A stretch of DNA of 64,000 nt from Candidatus Latescibacterota bacterium (GCA_965203175.1 OZ241867.1:2976001-3040000); one strand, 5' to 3'. Numbered from the stretch's first letter, positions 1 to 10,307 are shown. Made by a program: numbers and translations. Notes: a model not told the origin generated them from the letters alone.

Positions 1-1301
1 CGACCCAATGCCCGATAGGCGATGTCGCGGCGGCAATAGGCGTTGGCAAAGGCGATCTGATCTACTGCTGAGTAGGCTTTGGCGACGGCGGCTTGGAGAT
101 CGGCGTCCGCGGCCGTCACGCCGAGCACTCGGCCGCCATCCGTAATGAAGCGGCCCTCGCGCTGGGCGGTGCCAGCGTGAAAGACGACGAGGTCGTCGCG
201 GTCGGCAAAAGCCTCCAAGCCGCGGATCTCAAAGCCCTTCTCATAAGTTTGCGGATAGCCGTCCGAGGCCATGACCACGCAGACGGCCGCTCCGGGCGCG
301 CATTCGACTTGCACCTGGTCTAGGCGACCGTCACAGGCGGCGGTGAGCAAGTCGACGAGGTCGGTTTTGAGCAGGGGCATGAGGATCTGGCATTCGGGAT
401 CGCCGAAGCGGGCGTTGAACTCTACCACTTTAACGCCGGCGTCGGTGCACATCAGCCCGCAGTAAAGCACGCCTTGGTACGGAGTGCCCAGCCGGCGCAT
501 TTCGGCGAGCACGGGTCGGATGATGCGCTCTTCGGCCTCGCGCACTAGGGGCGGCGTCATCACCGGTGCTGGAGCGTAGGCCCCCATGCCGCCGGTGTTG
601 GGGCCTTTGTCGCCGTCGTAGATGGGTTTGTGGTCTTGGGCGGGCGTCAGGGTGATAAAATGTTCGCCGTCGCAGATTGCAAAGAGCGAGGCTTCCTCGC
701 CGGTCATGTATTCTTCGACGACGATGTGGTGTCCGGCCCCGCCTAAAACATCTTCGTCGAGCATTTCGCGTGCTGCTGCGAGGGCTTGATCTACGCTCTG
801 GCAGACGACCGCGCCCTTGCCGGCGGCTAGGCCGCTGGCTTTGACCACGATCGGGGCACCCTGCTCGCGGATATAGGTGCTGGCGGCTTGGCTATCGGTG
901 AAGCTCTGATGTCGGGCAGTGGGGACGCCGATGCGCTCCATCAGGTCTTTGGCGAAAACCTTGCTGCTTTCGATGCGGGCGGCGGCTTCCGTGGGGCCGA
1001 AAATCGCCAGCCCACTGGTGCGGAAGCGATCGACAATGCCGCCGGCTAGGGCGTCGTCTGGACCGACGACGGTCAGCCCGATTTGCTGTTCGTGGGCAAA
1101 GGCGACTAGACGCTCGATTTCGCCGACGAGTTTTTCGCGTTCGGCCACGGGGGTATCGACGCGGATATCGACGCATTCAGCGAGGGAGGCCATGCCGGGG
1201 TTGCCGGGGGCGACGTAGAGTTTGTCGATGCGCTGACTCTGTGCCAGCTTCCACACGAGGGCGTGTTCGCGCCCCCCTTTGCCGACGACTAGGACATTCA
1301 T
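1..1301 (-). CDS. purD: Phosphoribosylamine--glycine ligase (3' end runs off the window edge)
   Basis: Reverse strand from ATG at 1301 reads MNVLVVGKGGREHAL...; it also contains KASGLAAGKGA and AQDHKPIYDGDKGPNTGGMGAYAP, and ends ...CRRDIAYRALG at the edge. Not in the ORF track because no stop lies in the window. Confidence 0.95.
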   Translation of the reverse strand, partial: MNVLVVGKGGREHALVWKLAQSQRIDKLYVAPGNPGMASLAECVDIRVDTPVAEREKLVGEIERLVAFAHEQQIGLTVVGPDDALAGGIVDRFRTSGLAIFGPTEAAARIESSKVFAKDLMERIGVPTARHQSFTDSQAASTYIREQGAPIVVKASGLAAGKGAVVCQSVDQALAAAREMLDEDVLGGAGHHIVVEEYMTGEEASLFAICDGEHFITLTPAQDHKPIYDGDKGPNTGGMGAYAPAPVMTPPLVREAEERIIRPVLAEMRRLGTPYQGVLYCGLMCTDAGVKVVEFNARFGDPECQILMPLLKTDLVDLLTAACDGRLDQVQVECAPGAAVCVVMASDGYPQTYEKGFEIRGLEAFADRDDLVVFHAGTAQREGRFITDGGRVLGVTAADADLQAAVAKAYSAVDQIAFANAYCRRDIAYRALG

Positions 1302-1325
1302 TGGTTTAGCGTTCCTTTCTGAGAC

Positions 1326-2252
1326 TTAGAGATAACCAAATTCCCGCAAATCGCGCTCTTTGTTGCGCCAGTCTGGGCGGACTTTTACCCACAGTTCTAC
1401 ATAGACAGGCTCGTCGAGTAGTTCCTCCAGAGCAGTGCGGGCTTGGCGTCCGATTGATCGCAGGCGCATTCCCTTCTTGCCGATGACGATGCCCTTTTGG
1501 CTTTCGCGCCCGATGTAGATAATGGCGCGAATGTAGGTCTTGTGGCCCGGGCGCTGGCGGAATTCCTCGATGTGGATGTTGATGGCGTAAGGTAGCTCGT
1601 CCTCAAGGTGCTCAAAAGCTACCTCGCGGATGCGTTCAGCGGCAAAAAACCGCTCGGGCTGTTCGGCCACCATATCGTCTGGATAGAGCTTGGGGCCGCA
1701 GGGTAGTTGGGCCTCTAGGCACGATAGCAGTTTGCCGAGTCCGTCGCCGCGCAAAGCTGAGACCGGGATCGGGCTTGCGATGCCGAACTCGTCGGCGATG
1801 CTTTTTTGCAGGGCGTCTAGCTGGGTGGGTTGTACTAGGTCGATCTTGTTGAGCACGGCCAAGACTGGTGCTCGCGCACGCTCTAGAAAGTGCTTCACCA
1901 ACGCGCTGCGGTCTTTGGGGCGGGAGGCGTCGAACAGCAGCAAGACTAGGTCGGCTTGGCGGGCGGCTTGGTCGATTTGGTGGGCCATGGTCTCGTGCAG
2001 CTTGTAGGAGGACTCTAACAGGCCAGGCGTGTCCAAGAAAATTATCTGGCTCTGTGGACGAGTGAGGATACCGAGGATGCGGCTGCGAGTCGTCTGCGGT
2101 TTGGCGGTGACGATGGAGAGCCGTTGGCCCAAGAAGGCGTTGAAGAGGGTGGATTTACCCGCGTTGGGACGACCGGCCAAGGCCACGTAGCCGACGCGAG
2201 GTTGCTCAGAAGCGGAAGCTGGCGGACAACTGGTAGGTTGCTTCGAGCGCAT
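1326..2252 (-). CDS. era: GTPase Era
   Basis: G1 GRPNAGKST, KPQTTR, DTPG, NKID, KH-domain QKGIVIGKKG, LWVKVRPDW. Start uncertain: the only ATG overlaps the upstream gene by 47 nt. Confidence 0.93.
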   Translation of the reverse strand: MRSKQPTSCPPASASEQPRVGYVALAGRPNAGKSTLFNAFLGQRLSIVTAKPQTTRSRILGILTRPQSQIIFLDTPGLLESSYKLHETMAHQIDQAARQADLVLLLFDASRPKDRSALVKHFLERARAPVLAVLNKIDLVQPTQLDALQKSIADEFGIASPIPVSALRGDGLGKLLSCLEAQLPCGPKLYPDDMVAEQPERFFAAERIREVAFEHLEDELPYAINIHIEEFRQRPGHKTYIRAIIYIGRESQKGIVIGKKGMRLRSIGRQARTALEELLDEPVYVELWVKVRPDWRNKERDLREFGYL

Positions 2253-3138
2253 CGTGCTGCAAATAGGCGAGGTCGAGGTCGAGGCTGCGGTGGGGGGTAA
2301 GCCCTAGCCCAAAGGCTTGGCGGCCTTCCTCCAATCCAGCCCGCAAGGCGATGTAGCGATGGCGGTATTCTAGGCCGGCGTTGAGCGGGACGTCATCGGT
2401 TGCAGTGGATGCATCGCCGCCGGAGCGGGTGGCTAGGAGGGCGGTGGTCTGGCCCTCGGCGATGGGTATGGCGTACGCTACGCCCAAGAGCAGCGAAGGT
2501 TGGATGCGGTCGCTGCTGTCTGTATTCCAGACGATGGGCGTGGTGGTTGCGTCGCGCACGTTAGCTGCCAACGCGATTTGATGGCTCAATTGATAGCGCA
2601 CGCCTAGGTCGAGGCCAAAGCCGTAGGCGTTGATGGAGGCGACTTGGCGATAAATGGCCTTGGCGCTTAGCCCGAGGGATAAGCGCGCACCGAGCCGGCG
2701 ACTGCCCGACAGATACAGCGCGTAATCCGCGCTTTGTTCGGTCGAGGCGATGAGCGGACGGTTGCCAGTGCTGGGGGGCTGTAGAGGATCCGGGAGTTCG
2801 GTAAAGTGGATGTCGTCAATGCCCATGCGGACCAAGCTCAGGGCCATACCGTGCAAAAGGCGACCTGGCCGGGCAATGGCGACAAAATCGCGCTGGATGA
2901 GGCCGGAGAAGTGTTCGGAATGCGTCAGGTGAACTTGGCGACTGCTGAGGGCGGATAGACCGGCTGCATTCCAATAGCCCGCGGTGGCGTCGTCTGCGAG
3001 GGCTACATAAGCACTGCCCAAGGCCACAGAGCGGGCACCCGCGCCCAAGTCGAGGAACTCGCCGGCGTAGCGCGAGGCGGCGTGTACAGCCCCAGTCAGC
3101 AACAGGGCTAATGCAAGCGGAAGAAGACTCTTGGGCAT
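2206..3138 (-). CDS. PorV/PorQ-like (UPF0164) outer-membrane beta-barrel
   Basis: Signal peptide, then EFLDLGAGARSVALGSAYVALADDATAGYWNAAGL typical of the PorV/FadL-like N-terminus; alternating beta strands; C-terminal Phe (SASFRF). Confidence 0.75.
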   Translation of the reverse strand: MPKSLLPLALALLLTGAVHAASRYAGEFLDLGAGARSVALGSAYVALADDATAGYWNAAGLSALSSRQVHLTHSEHFSGLIQRDFVAIARPGRLLHGMALSLVRMGIDDIHFTELPDPLQPPSTGNRPLIASTEQSADYALYLSGSRRLGARLSLGLSAKAIYRQVASINAYGFGLDLGVRYQLSHQIALAANVRDATTTPIVWNTDSSDRIQPSLLLGVAYAIPIAEGQTTALLATRSGGDASTATDDVPLNAGLEYRHRYIALRAGLEEGRQAFGLGLTPHRSLDLDLAYLQHDALEATYQLSASFRF

Positions 3139-3217
3139 GGGTTGTAAAAAGCTAGTGGAAGGGTGGCCGAGTGTCAAATCGGCTCACTGCATCATCTCTT
3201 GCCGGGATGGACGATTT

Positions 3218-4546
3218 TCAGGCTATGAGGACGATTTGCAGATCCATGACGTTGGTACCCGTAGGCCCCGTGATGACGAGGTCGTCCAACGCTGCGAAGA
3301 AGGGATAGGAGTCGTGGCGGTCGAGAAAGGCACGGGCGTCGAGACCTTGAGCGCGGGCGCGGCTCAAGGTCTGGCCGTCGGCTAAGGCACCGGCGGCATC
3401 GGTGGGGCCGTCGGTGCCGTCTGTGCCGCCAGAGAGCAGAGTGATGGCGGCCCAACCGTCGAGTTGGAGGGATGCGGCTAAGGCCAATTCTTGGTTGCGT
3501 CCGCCCTTGCCGTTGTTGCGCAGAGTGACGGTCGTCTCGCCGCCGGCGATGAGACAGGCGGGCCGAGCGATGGGACGGTTGGTCTCTGCGGTTTCTTGGG
3601 CGATGGAAACCAATGCGGCCGCGGCGTGGCGCGCCTCGCCCTGTAAGCGGCTGGTGAGGACGCACACCTCGTAGCCGAGCGCGCTGGCTTTGTGCGCGGC
3701 CGCGTCGATGGCCAAGCGGCTGTTGCCAATGACCAAGCTCTCGGCGCGGGCAAAACAAGGGTCTCCAGGTTTGGGAGTCTCCGGCCGCTCGCCTTGGGTG
3801 CCAGCTTCGAGATGCTGACGGACTGGGGTGGGGAGTTGGTGGCGCAGGTCGTAGCGATCGACGATTGCTAGGCAATCGCCAAAAGTCGTGGAGTCTGGGT
3901 GGGTCGGGCCGGAGGCGATGGTGTCGAGGGGGTCGCCGATGACGTCCGAGAGCATGAGGGCGACGACGCGGGCGGGCGCGGCCGCGCGGGCGAGAAGTCC
4001 GCCCTTGATGGCCGAAAGGTGTTTGCGCAGGGCGTTGATTTCGTCGATGGTCGCACCGCAGGCGAGCAGGAGGCGGGTGGTTTCTTGCTTTTCTGCGAGG
4101 GTCAGGCTCTCGGCTGGGGCGGGCAGCAGAGCAGAGCCGCCGCCGGAGAAGAGGCCGAGGACCAGCGCGTCGGGATCCAAGTCTGCTAGCAGCGCAAGCT
4201 GACGGCGGGCACCAGCCACGCCTGCTTCGTCTGGGACGGGATGCCCGGCTTCAAAGGTCTCGACCCGCGCCAATGGCAGCGCATGGCCGTACTTAGTGTT
4301 GATGGCCCCGCAGTCAATGCGGTCGCCGAGGATCGCTTCGGTGGCCTCAGCCATGGCTGAGGTGGCCTTGCCGGCACCGACTAGGCGCAGGCTGGAAATG
4401 GTATCGAGGGAAAAGCGGAGCGAGCCACAGCGCAACTCATCGCCTGTGACCGCGAGGGCTTGGTGGACGCAACGGCCGGGATCGGCAGCAGCGACCCCGG
4501 CGTCAAAAATGGCGTGCGCGTGGGCGCGCCGCAAAGCAGCATCCAC
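3218..4546 (-). CDS. Glycerate 2-kinase (MOFRL/TtuD family)
   Basis: GAGKA, GHPVPD, SGGGSAL, RKHLSAIKGG, SDVIGD, IASGPT, GGETTV, GKGGRNQE, TDGTDG, TGPTGTNVMD. GTG start at 4546 just after the lexA stop. Confidence 0.9.
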   Translation of the reverse strand: MDAALRRAHAHAIFDAGVAAADPGRCVHQALAVTGDELRCGSLRFSLDTISSLRLVGAGKATSAMAEATEAILGDRIDCGAINTKYGHALPLARVETFEAGHPVPDEAGVAGARRQLALLADLDPDALVLGLFSGGGSALLPAPAESLTLAEKQETTRLLLACGATIDEINALRKHLSAIKGGLLARAAAPARVVALMLSDVIGDPLDTIASGPTHPDSTTFGDCLAIVDRYDLRHQLPTPVRQHLEAGTQGERPETPKPGDPCFARAESLVIGNSRLAIDAAAHKASALGYEVCVLTSRLQGEARHAAAALVSIAQETAETNRPIARPACLIAGGETTVTLRNNGKGGRNQELALAASLQLDGWAAITLLSGGTDGTDGPTDAAGALADGQTLSRARAQGLDARAFLDRHDSYPFFAALDDLVITGPTGTNVMDLQIVLIA

Positions 4547-4556
4547 CGAAGCGCAC

Positions 4557-5183
4557 CTAGAAACGGCGCATGAGGCCCACAACTTTGCCGGCGATGCTGA
4601 ACTCGTCGGCGTCGGACGGGACGACGATGGGGTCGAACGCCTCGTTTTCAGGCAGGAGCCGGATGCCGTCGGGGTCGGGAGCATAGCGCTTGACCGTGGC
4701 CTCGTCGCCGAGCAGCGCGACGACGATATCTCCGCGCTCGGCGCGGTCTTGCTGGCGGGCGATGACGATGTCGCCATCGAGAATCCCGGCGTTGCACATA
4801 CTCTCGCCGTGGATGCGCAGCGCGAAGACATCGCCCGAAGCGGGGACGAGCGATGTATCGACATTGAGCGTGTTCTCGATGTTTTCTTCGGCGAGGATGG
4901 GAGTGCCCGCGGCGACCCTGCCAACGAGGGGCACTTCGCGCAGGTCCGCGGAAAGGGAGGCGGGCCTGACGAAATCGACGAGTTCTATGCCCCGGGAGCG
5001 GCGCGCCCGGCGGCGGATGTAGCCTTTTTTCTCCAGGGTCTCCAGGGTGGTGCGCACGCCATTGGTGGAGTTGATGTCAAAGACGTCCATGATCTCGCGG
5101 ATCGTGGGAGGGCCTCCGGAGCGAATTGCATCGGCGATGAAGTCGTAAATCGCCTGTTGGCGCTTGGTTAGGGGTTTGGGCAT
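4557..5183 (-). CDS. lexA: SOS repressor LexA
   Basis: LTKRQQAIYDFI..PPTIREI winged HTH, VAAG cleavage site, GESM catalytic Ser, ATVKR catalytic Lys; GGAGG RBS upstream. Confidence 0.95.
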   Translation of the reverse strand: MPKPLTKRQQAIYDFIADAIRSGGPPTIREIMDVFDINSTNGVRTTLETLEKKGYIRRRARRSRGIELVDFVRPASLSADLREVPLVGRVAAGTPILAEENIENTLNVDTSLVPASGDVFALRIHGESMCNAGILDGDIVIARQQDRAERGDIVVALLGDEATVKRYAPDPDGIRLLPENEAFDPIVVPSDADEFSIAGKVVGLMRRF

Positions 5184-5234
5184 GAGTATACCTCCATAAC
5201 TGGGGGAGGAAAGGTGAAAGCAAACCTGAAAATA

Positions 5235-5263
5235 TATATACTGCACATTAGTTCATTTGTCAA
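5235..5263 (-). promoter_or_regulatory. Sigma70-type promoter of lexA with a candidate LexA operator in the spacer
   Basis: Minus strand TTGACA-17 nt-TATATA; the spacer holds TGAAC-TAAT-GTGCA (5242-5255). Confidence 0.7.
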
Positions 5264-5344
5264 GGGGCACCTCTTCGTCTAATTTGCCCTCCTTATTACT
5301 TGTTTAGGGGAATTTTCTGTTTTCGCGCGACGGGAACGAAGGCT

Positions 5345-6717
5345 ATGGAAGCCATAGTCGCCAGTGTGCGGCAAGTGCTACAGGAAGCGGGCTTGGAGGC
5401 CGATGCTAGCTTAGTCGTCGCTGCGTCGGGTGGCGTCGATTCGACTGTGCTGCTCGATGTTTTAGATGGCCTAGGATACCGGTTGCACGTGGCGCACTTG
5501 GACCACGCGCTGCGGCCGGATTCGGCGGACGATGGCCGTTTTGTCGCCGATGAGGCGCAACGGCGTGGGTTGCCCTGTTCGGTAGAGCGGCGCGACGTGG
5601 GGGAGTACGCCCGAACCGAGGGTTTGTCGCTGGAGGAAGCGGGCCGACGGCAGCGCTACGCCTTTCTCGACCAAGTCGCCGACCGGGCCGGGGCCGAGTT
5701 CATCGCCTTGGGGCACCACGCCGACGATCAGGCCGAGACCGTGATCTTGCGCCTGTTGCGCGGTAGCGGTGCCACTGGCTTAGGAGGGATGGAGATTGCG
5801 CGAGAGGGACGCTATCTGCGGCCGCTGCTGCGCGTGCGGCGTGCTGAGATCGAACAATACGCGCGCCAGCGGGCTTGCGCTACCGAGAGGATCTCTCCAA
5901 CCGCGACCCGCGCTTTTTGCGCAATCGGGTGCGCGGGGAACTAATGCCCTTGCTCAAGAGCTATAATCCTAACATCGCCGAGGTTCTAAATCGCACGGCC
6001 GCGCTGCTCAAGGCCGAGGACGACTTGCTTGCGAAGTTAACCCAAGAGGCTTTAGATACAGTGGTTTGTGAGCGTTGTGACGACAAGGTGGCCCTTGATA
6101 GTACTAGGCTTCTCTCTTATCATATAGCCATGCAAAGGCGCGTGCTGCGCGCCGCGCTCCAGGGCCTCGCCGCCGCGGATGGCCCTTTTGATTTTGCCCG
6201 CGTCGAGCAAGTGCGGGGCTGGATTGGGGCCGGAGACAAGCGCCTGCGGGTGTTGGGTGCTGGGCTGAGAGGTCAAAGCTGTGGTACGCGCTATATCCTG
6301 CGTCGCGGTCAGCGGCCGCCGGTCGCAGGCGGCTTCGACATACCCGGTGCGCTCGTGTTGAGAGAGCACGGCGTAAAAATCCGCGTCCAAGTCGTCTCGC
6401 CGGAGCACTTTGACAAGTCCCAGCTAGGAGGCGCGCAGGTGGCTTTAGACGCGGATCGCCTCGGCGCGTGGGTGCAAGTGCGCAGCCTGCGGCCGGGCGA
6501 TCGCTTCCAGCCGCTGGGCATGGAAGGGCACAAAAAACTGAGTGACTTTCTCATCGACGCCAAGTGGCCGAAAATCTCGCGCGACGAAGTGTTGGTGCTG
6601 ACCCAGGGAGAGGAAATAGCTTGGGTCGCGCCCCTGCGTTCTAGTCATGCCTTCAGAATAAAATCCACTACGCGCCGCATCGCCTTGTGCACGCTGAGGC
6701 ATTGGGACGGCGATTGA
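5345..6717 (+). CDS. tilS: tRNA(Ile)-lysidine synthetase, interrupted by a 1-nt frameshift near 5871-5873
   Basis: SGGVDS PP-loop, HLDHALR, HHADDQAETV and RPLL in one frame; EDLSN..FLRNRVR and PGDRFQPLGMEGHKKLSDFLID in another frame. Confidence 0.9.
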
Positions 6718-6732
6718 CCTAGAGCATCTGTC

Positions 6733-8670
6733 ATGGAGGGACGAAAAAAGCAATCCCAGGAGGAGCGCCCCACGCGCTTTAGGGACGACCGCGGGCTGAA
6801 TCGCCAAGAGGACGACGGCGAAGACAGGCCGCGCCGCTGGCGCCGCCCTTCGCGGACCCAAGCGTTTTGGCTCTTCTTTGTGTTGGTGATGATCTTCACC
6901 GCCAAGTTCTTTGGCAGCAACCCCCCCGATCCTCAGCTCGTCTCCTATAAGGAATACCGCCAATACTTGGAAGATGGCCGCATCGCCGAGGCCATCATAG
7001 TCGGTGAGCGCGAGTTCAAGGGAGTCTTACACGATGGGACTCGTTTTATGGTCAACTTGGGTCCAATAGACTCAGAGACCAAGCGCGAGTGGGGGGAACA
7101 AGGGGTCGATTTTCGCTTTGAGGAAGAACCCTTCCGCTGGTACAATTTCCTCTTCAGCTTTTTGCCGTGGCTGCTGTTTATCGCCTTCTGGATATTCATG
7201 TTGCGACAGATGCAGGGGGGTGCGCGCGGGCTGTTTTCCTTTGGCAAGAGCCGGGCCAAGCTCCTGATGGAGGATAAGCAAAAAACGACCTTTGCCGACG
7301 TGGCTGGGGCCGACGAGGCCAAGAAGGAGTTGGAGGAGATCATTGAATTTCTCAAGGATCCCCACCGGTTTCAGCGCCTCGGCGGGCGGATTCCCAAAGG
7401 CGTTTTAATGGTCGGGCCGCCGGGCACGGGCAAGACGCACTTGGCGCGCGCAGTGGCCGGCGAAGCAGGCGTGCCCTTCTTTTCGATTAGTGGCTCGGAT
7501 TTCGTCGAGATGTTTGTCGGCGTCGGAGCTTCGCGCGTGCGCGACCTCTTTGAACAGGGCAAGGCCAATGCCCCGTGCTTAATCTTCGTCGATGAGATTG
7601 ACGCGGTGGGCCGCCATCGAGGCGCGGGCATTGGCGGCGGCCACGACGAGCGCGAGCAGACCCTCAACCAGCTTCTAGTGGAAATGGACGGCTTTGAGTC
7701 CAATGATGGCGTCATTCTCATCGCCGCGACCAATCGCCCGGACGTACTCGATCCAGCGCTGTTGCGGCCCGGCCGCTTCGACCGCCGAGTGGTGGTTGAC
7801 CTGCCCGACGTCAGAGGTCGGGAGGGCGTACTCAAAGTCCACGTGCGCAAGGTGCCGCTGGATCCGAATGTCGATTTGCAAAAGGTTGCACAGGGCACGC
7901 CAGGGCTTTCCGGAGCCGATTTGGAAAATTTGGTCAACGAAGCTGCCTTGCTGGCCTCGCGGCGCGATCGCAAGACCGTTGACATGGGCGACTTTGAGGC
8001 GGCCAAAGACAAGGTGATGCTCGGGGCCGAGCGCCGCAGCATGGTCCTGACCAAAGAGGATCAGCGGCTTTCGGCATACCACGAAGCGGGCCACGCCTTG
8101 GTCGCCAAGAGCCTCAAAGGCGGCCCAGCCATTGGCAAGGCCACCATCATCCCGCGCGGGCAGGCCATGGGGATGGTTTCCTTTCTGGCCGACGAGCGGC
8201 GTTCGCTGACTGAGACGCGGCTAAAGGCGCATTTGGCCACGGCGCTGGGCGGTTGCGCAGCCGAGAAATTGATCTTTGCCGAGCGCTCGACTGGAGCCCA
8301 AGGCGACTACCAGCAAGTGACGCGCTTGGCTCGTTCGATGGTCTGCGATTGGGGTATGAACGAAGAGCTTGGTCCTCTCTCATTGGGCGGCGGTGACGAC
8401 GAGGTCTTCCTCGGCAAGGAATTCACCCGCAGCCGACACTTGAGCGAGGAGACGGCCCAAGCTGTCGATCGCGAGATCCGCAAACTGGTGGTGGAGGCCG
8501 AGGAAACGGCGCTGAGCATCCTCGGGGAAAAGGAGGACAAGCTCCACTCCTTGGCCCGCGCCCTCCTCGCGTATGAGGTGCTCGACGACGCGGAGATCGA
8601 CCAAGTCTTGGCTGGAGAGCCTCTCGCTCGCGACCCGGTACGCGCTTTGAGCGACGAGGATGAGGCGTGA
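6733..8670 (+). CDS. ftsH: ATP-dependent zinc metalloprotease FtsH
   Basis: Two TM segments, [20 protein letters not shown] ([21 protein letters not shown]), HEAGH. Confidence 0.97.
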   Translation: MEGRKKQSQEERPTRFRDDRGLNRQEDDGEDRPRRWRRPSRTQAFWLFFVLVMIFTAKFFGSNPPDPQLVSYKEYRQYLEDGRIAEAIIVGEREFKGVLHDGTRFMVNLGPIDSETKREWGEQGVDFRFEEEPFRWYNFLFSFLPWLLFIAFWIFMLRQMQGGARGLFSFGKSRAKLLMEDKQKTTFADVAGADEAKKELEEIIEFLKDPHRFQRLGGRIPKGVLMVGPPGTGKTHLARAVAGEAGVPFFSISGSDFVEMFVGVGASRVRDLFEQGKANAPCLIFVDEIDAVGRHRGAGIGGGHDEREQTLNQLLVEMDGFESNDGVILIAATNRPDVLDPALLRPGRFDRRVVVDLPDVRGREGVLKVHVRKVPLDPNVDLQKVAQGTPGLSGADLENLVNEAALLASRRDRKTVDMGDFEAAKDKVMLGAERRSMVLTKEDQRLSAYHEAGHALVAKSLKGGPAIGKATIIPRGQAMGMVSFLADERRSLTETRLKAHLATALGGCAAEKLIFAERSTGAQGDYQQVTRLARSMVCDWGMNEELGPLSLGGGDDEVFLGKEFTRSRHLSEETAQAVDREIRKLVVEAEETALSILGEKEDKLHSLARALLAYEVLDDAEIDQVLAGEPLARDPVRALSDEDEA

Positions 8671-9515
8671 TTTGGGAGTTGGGAGATCGCACTCTCCACT
8701 TTGGTGACCAAGTACAGATCATGGGCGTCCTTAATGCGACGCCCGATTCGTTTTACGACGGGGGTCGCTACTGCGAGCCGCAGGCTGCGGTGGAGCGAGG
8801 CTTGGAGATGGTGGAGGAAGGGGCGGCAATCGTCGATATTGGTGGTGAATCGTCGCGGCCGCCGACGTACGGGGTCGCCGAGGAGGTCTCGGTCACCGAG
8901 GAATGCGCCCGGGTTCTTCCGGTCGTCGAGGGCCTCCGTCGCCAGAGCGATGTGCCCATTTCGGTTGACACGGTCAAGGCCGAAGTGGCGCGCCGAGCCC
9001 TTGAGGTGGGGGCCGATATTATCAACGACATTAGCGCCCTGCGGCACGATCCGGCCATGGCCGAGGTCGCCGCAGGGGCCAAGACCCCCGTGATACTGAT
9101 GCACCGCCGGGGCACGGCGGTTACTATGCAGCAGAATACTCACTACGATGATTTGCTCGGGACGGTGTACGCCTTTCTACAAGAGCGCGTACGCGTTGCC
9201 CATGCCCAAGGCGTCGAGCGCGTGGCCGTGGACCCGGGCTTGGGATTCGGCAAGTCGCGGGAGGGCAACCTCGCCTTGTTGGGGATGCTAGAGCGCTTCT
9301 TGGACTTAGAGTGTCCATTAGTAGTGGGTGCTTCGCGCAAGTCCTTTATATGGAAGACGCTCGGGCTCTCGGCCGCCGAGAGCTTGGAGGGCAGCTTGGC
9401 GGCGGCGGCTCTGGCGGCTCGGGCCGGCGTCCACGTACTGCGAGTCCACGACGTGGCCGAGACGCTACGGACCGTCCGCTTAGTCGAAGCCGTGCAGGGC
9501 CAAGTACCGTGCTAA
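8667..9515 (+). CDS. folP: Dihydropteroate synthase
   Basis: MGVLNATPDSFYDGG, DIGGESSRP, SVDT, INDIS, DPGLGFGK, SRKS, RVHDV. Confidence 0.95.
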   Translation: MIWELGDRTLHFGDQVQIMGVLNATPDSFYDGGRYCEPQAAVERGLEMVEEGAAIVDIGGESSRPPTYGVAEEVSVTEECARVLPVVEGLRRQSDVPISVDTVKAEVARRALEVGADIINDISALRHDPAMAEVAAGAKTPVILMHRRGTAVTMQQNTHYDDLLGTVYAFLQERVRVAHAQGVERVAVDPGLGFGKSREGNLALLGMLERFLDLECPLVVGASRKSFIWKTLGLSAAESLEGSLAAAALAARAGVHVLRVHDVAETLRTVRLVEAVQGQVPC

Positions 9516-10279
9516 AAGACCCGGTCCTGTTCCACCTCTTCGGCTTTCTGCCCGTCTCGCTGACCTCCGTAGTGGATATCCTGCTGGTGGCCTTTATCTT
9601 TTTTCGCTTGCTCTCCCTGATCAAGGAAACCCGAGCCGCGCACATGGTCGCCGGGCTGCTGCTAATGGTGATCGTGGCCTTGGCTGCGCCTTGGCTCAAG
9701 ATGAGCGCCCTGTCTTGGCTTTTGGAGCAGGCGCGCTCTATCTTGTTGATTCTGCTGGTCATCCTCTTCCAGCCCGAGTTGCGACGGCTCCTCCAAGTCT
9801 TGGGACAGACCCCGGCGTTCCGCTGGTTTTACAAGGCCGAGACGTCACGGGTCATTGACGAGGTTGTCAGCGGAGTGGGGCGCTTGGCCGACTTGGGGTA
9901 CGGGGCGCTGATCGTGCTGGTGCGCCAAGTCCAGATTAGGCAGATCATTGACACCGGCGTGCCCTTGAACTCGGAGGTGTCGGACGATTTGCTGGCCACA
10001 ATCTTCAGCCCGCGAACCCCGCTGCACGACCGAGCCGTCGTCATCCAGGGCGAACGCTTGGTAGCGGCCCGCTGTACCTTGCCTCTGCCCGAAGAGGTCG
10101 AAGACCAGCGGTTGGGAACCCGCCATCGGGCGGCATTGGGTCTATCGCAGGAATCGGACGCGGTAGTTATCGTCGTCTCCGAGGAGAACAGCACCATTTC
10201 GCTGGCCATTGGTGGAGTTTTTTGGCGGGGATTGGACCGTCGGCAACTCAAGCTGCGCCTGCAAGAGCAGATGGCCTAG
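9509..10279 (+). CDS. cdaA: Membrane diadenylate cyclase CdaA/DacA (DGA motif reads DRA)
   Basis: Three N-terminal TM helices, ILFQPELRR, GALIV, PLHDRAV, LGTRHRAALG, VVSEE. GTG start overlaps the folP end. Confidence 0.88.
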   Translation: MLKDPVLFHLFGFLPVSLTSVVDILLVAFIFFRLLSLIKETRAAHMVAGLLLMVIVALAAPWLKMSALSWLLEQARSILLILLVILFQPELRRLLQVLGQTPAFRWFYKAETSRVIDEVVSGVGRLADLGYGALIVLVRQVQIRQIIDTGVPLNSEVSDDLLATIFSPRTPLHDRAVVIQGERLVAARCTLPLPEEVEDQRLGTRHRAALGLSQESDAVVIVVSEENSTISLAIGGVFWRGLDRRQLKLRLQEQMA

Positions 10280-10307
10280 GGCCGAGCGTAGCGCGGTTGC
10301 ACTTTGC

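Noticed and set aside
3218-4924. 568 aa ORF suggesting an N-terminally extended glycerate kinase
   Set aside because: The extension is an alternate frame of lexA; homology begins at GTG 4546.
4296-5171. Long antisense ORFs here and at 23522-25259, 27573-28469 and 37922-38740
   Set aside because: Shadow frames of well-supported genes in GC-rich DNA; no motifs or RBS.
5225-5243. E. coli-type SOS box (CTG-N10-CAG) in the TATATATA tract
   Set aside because: Spacing and ends do not fit; the tract is the -10 region.
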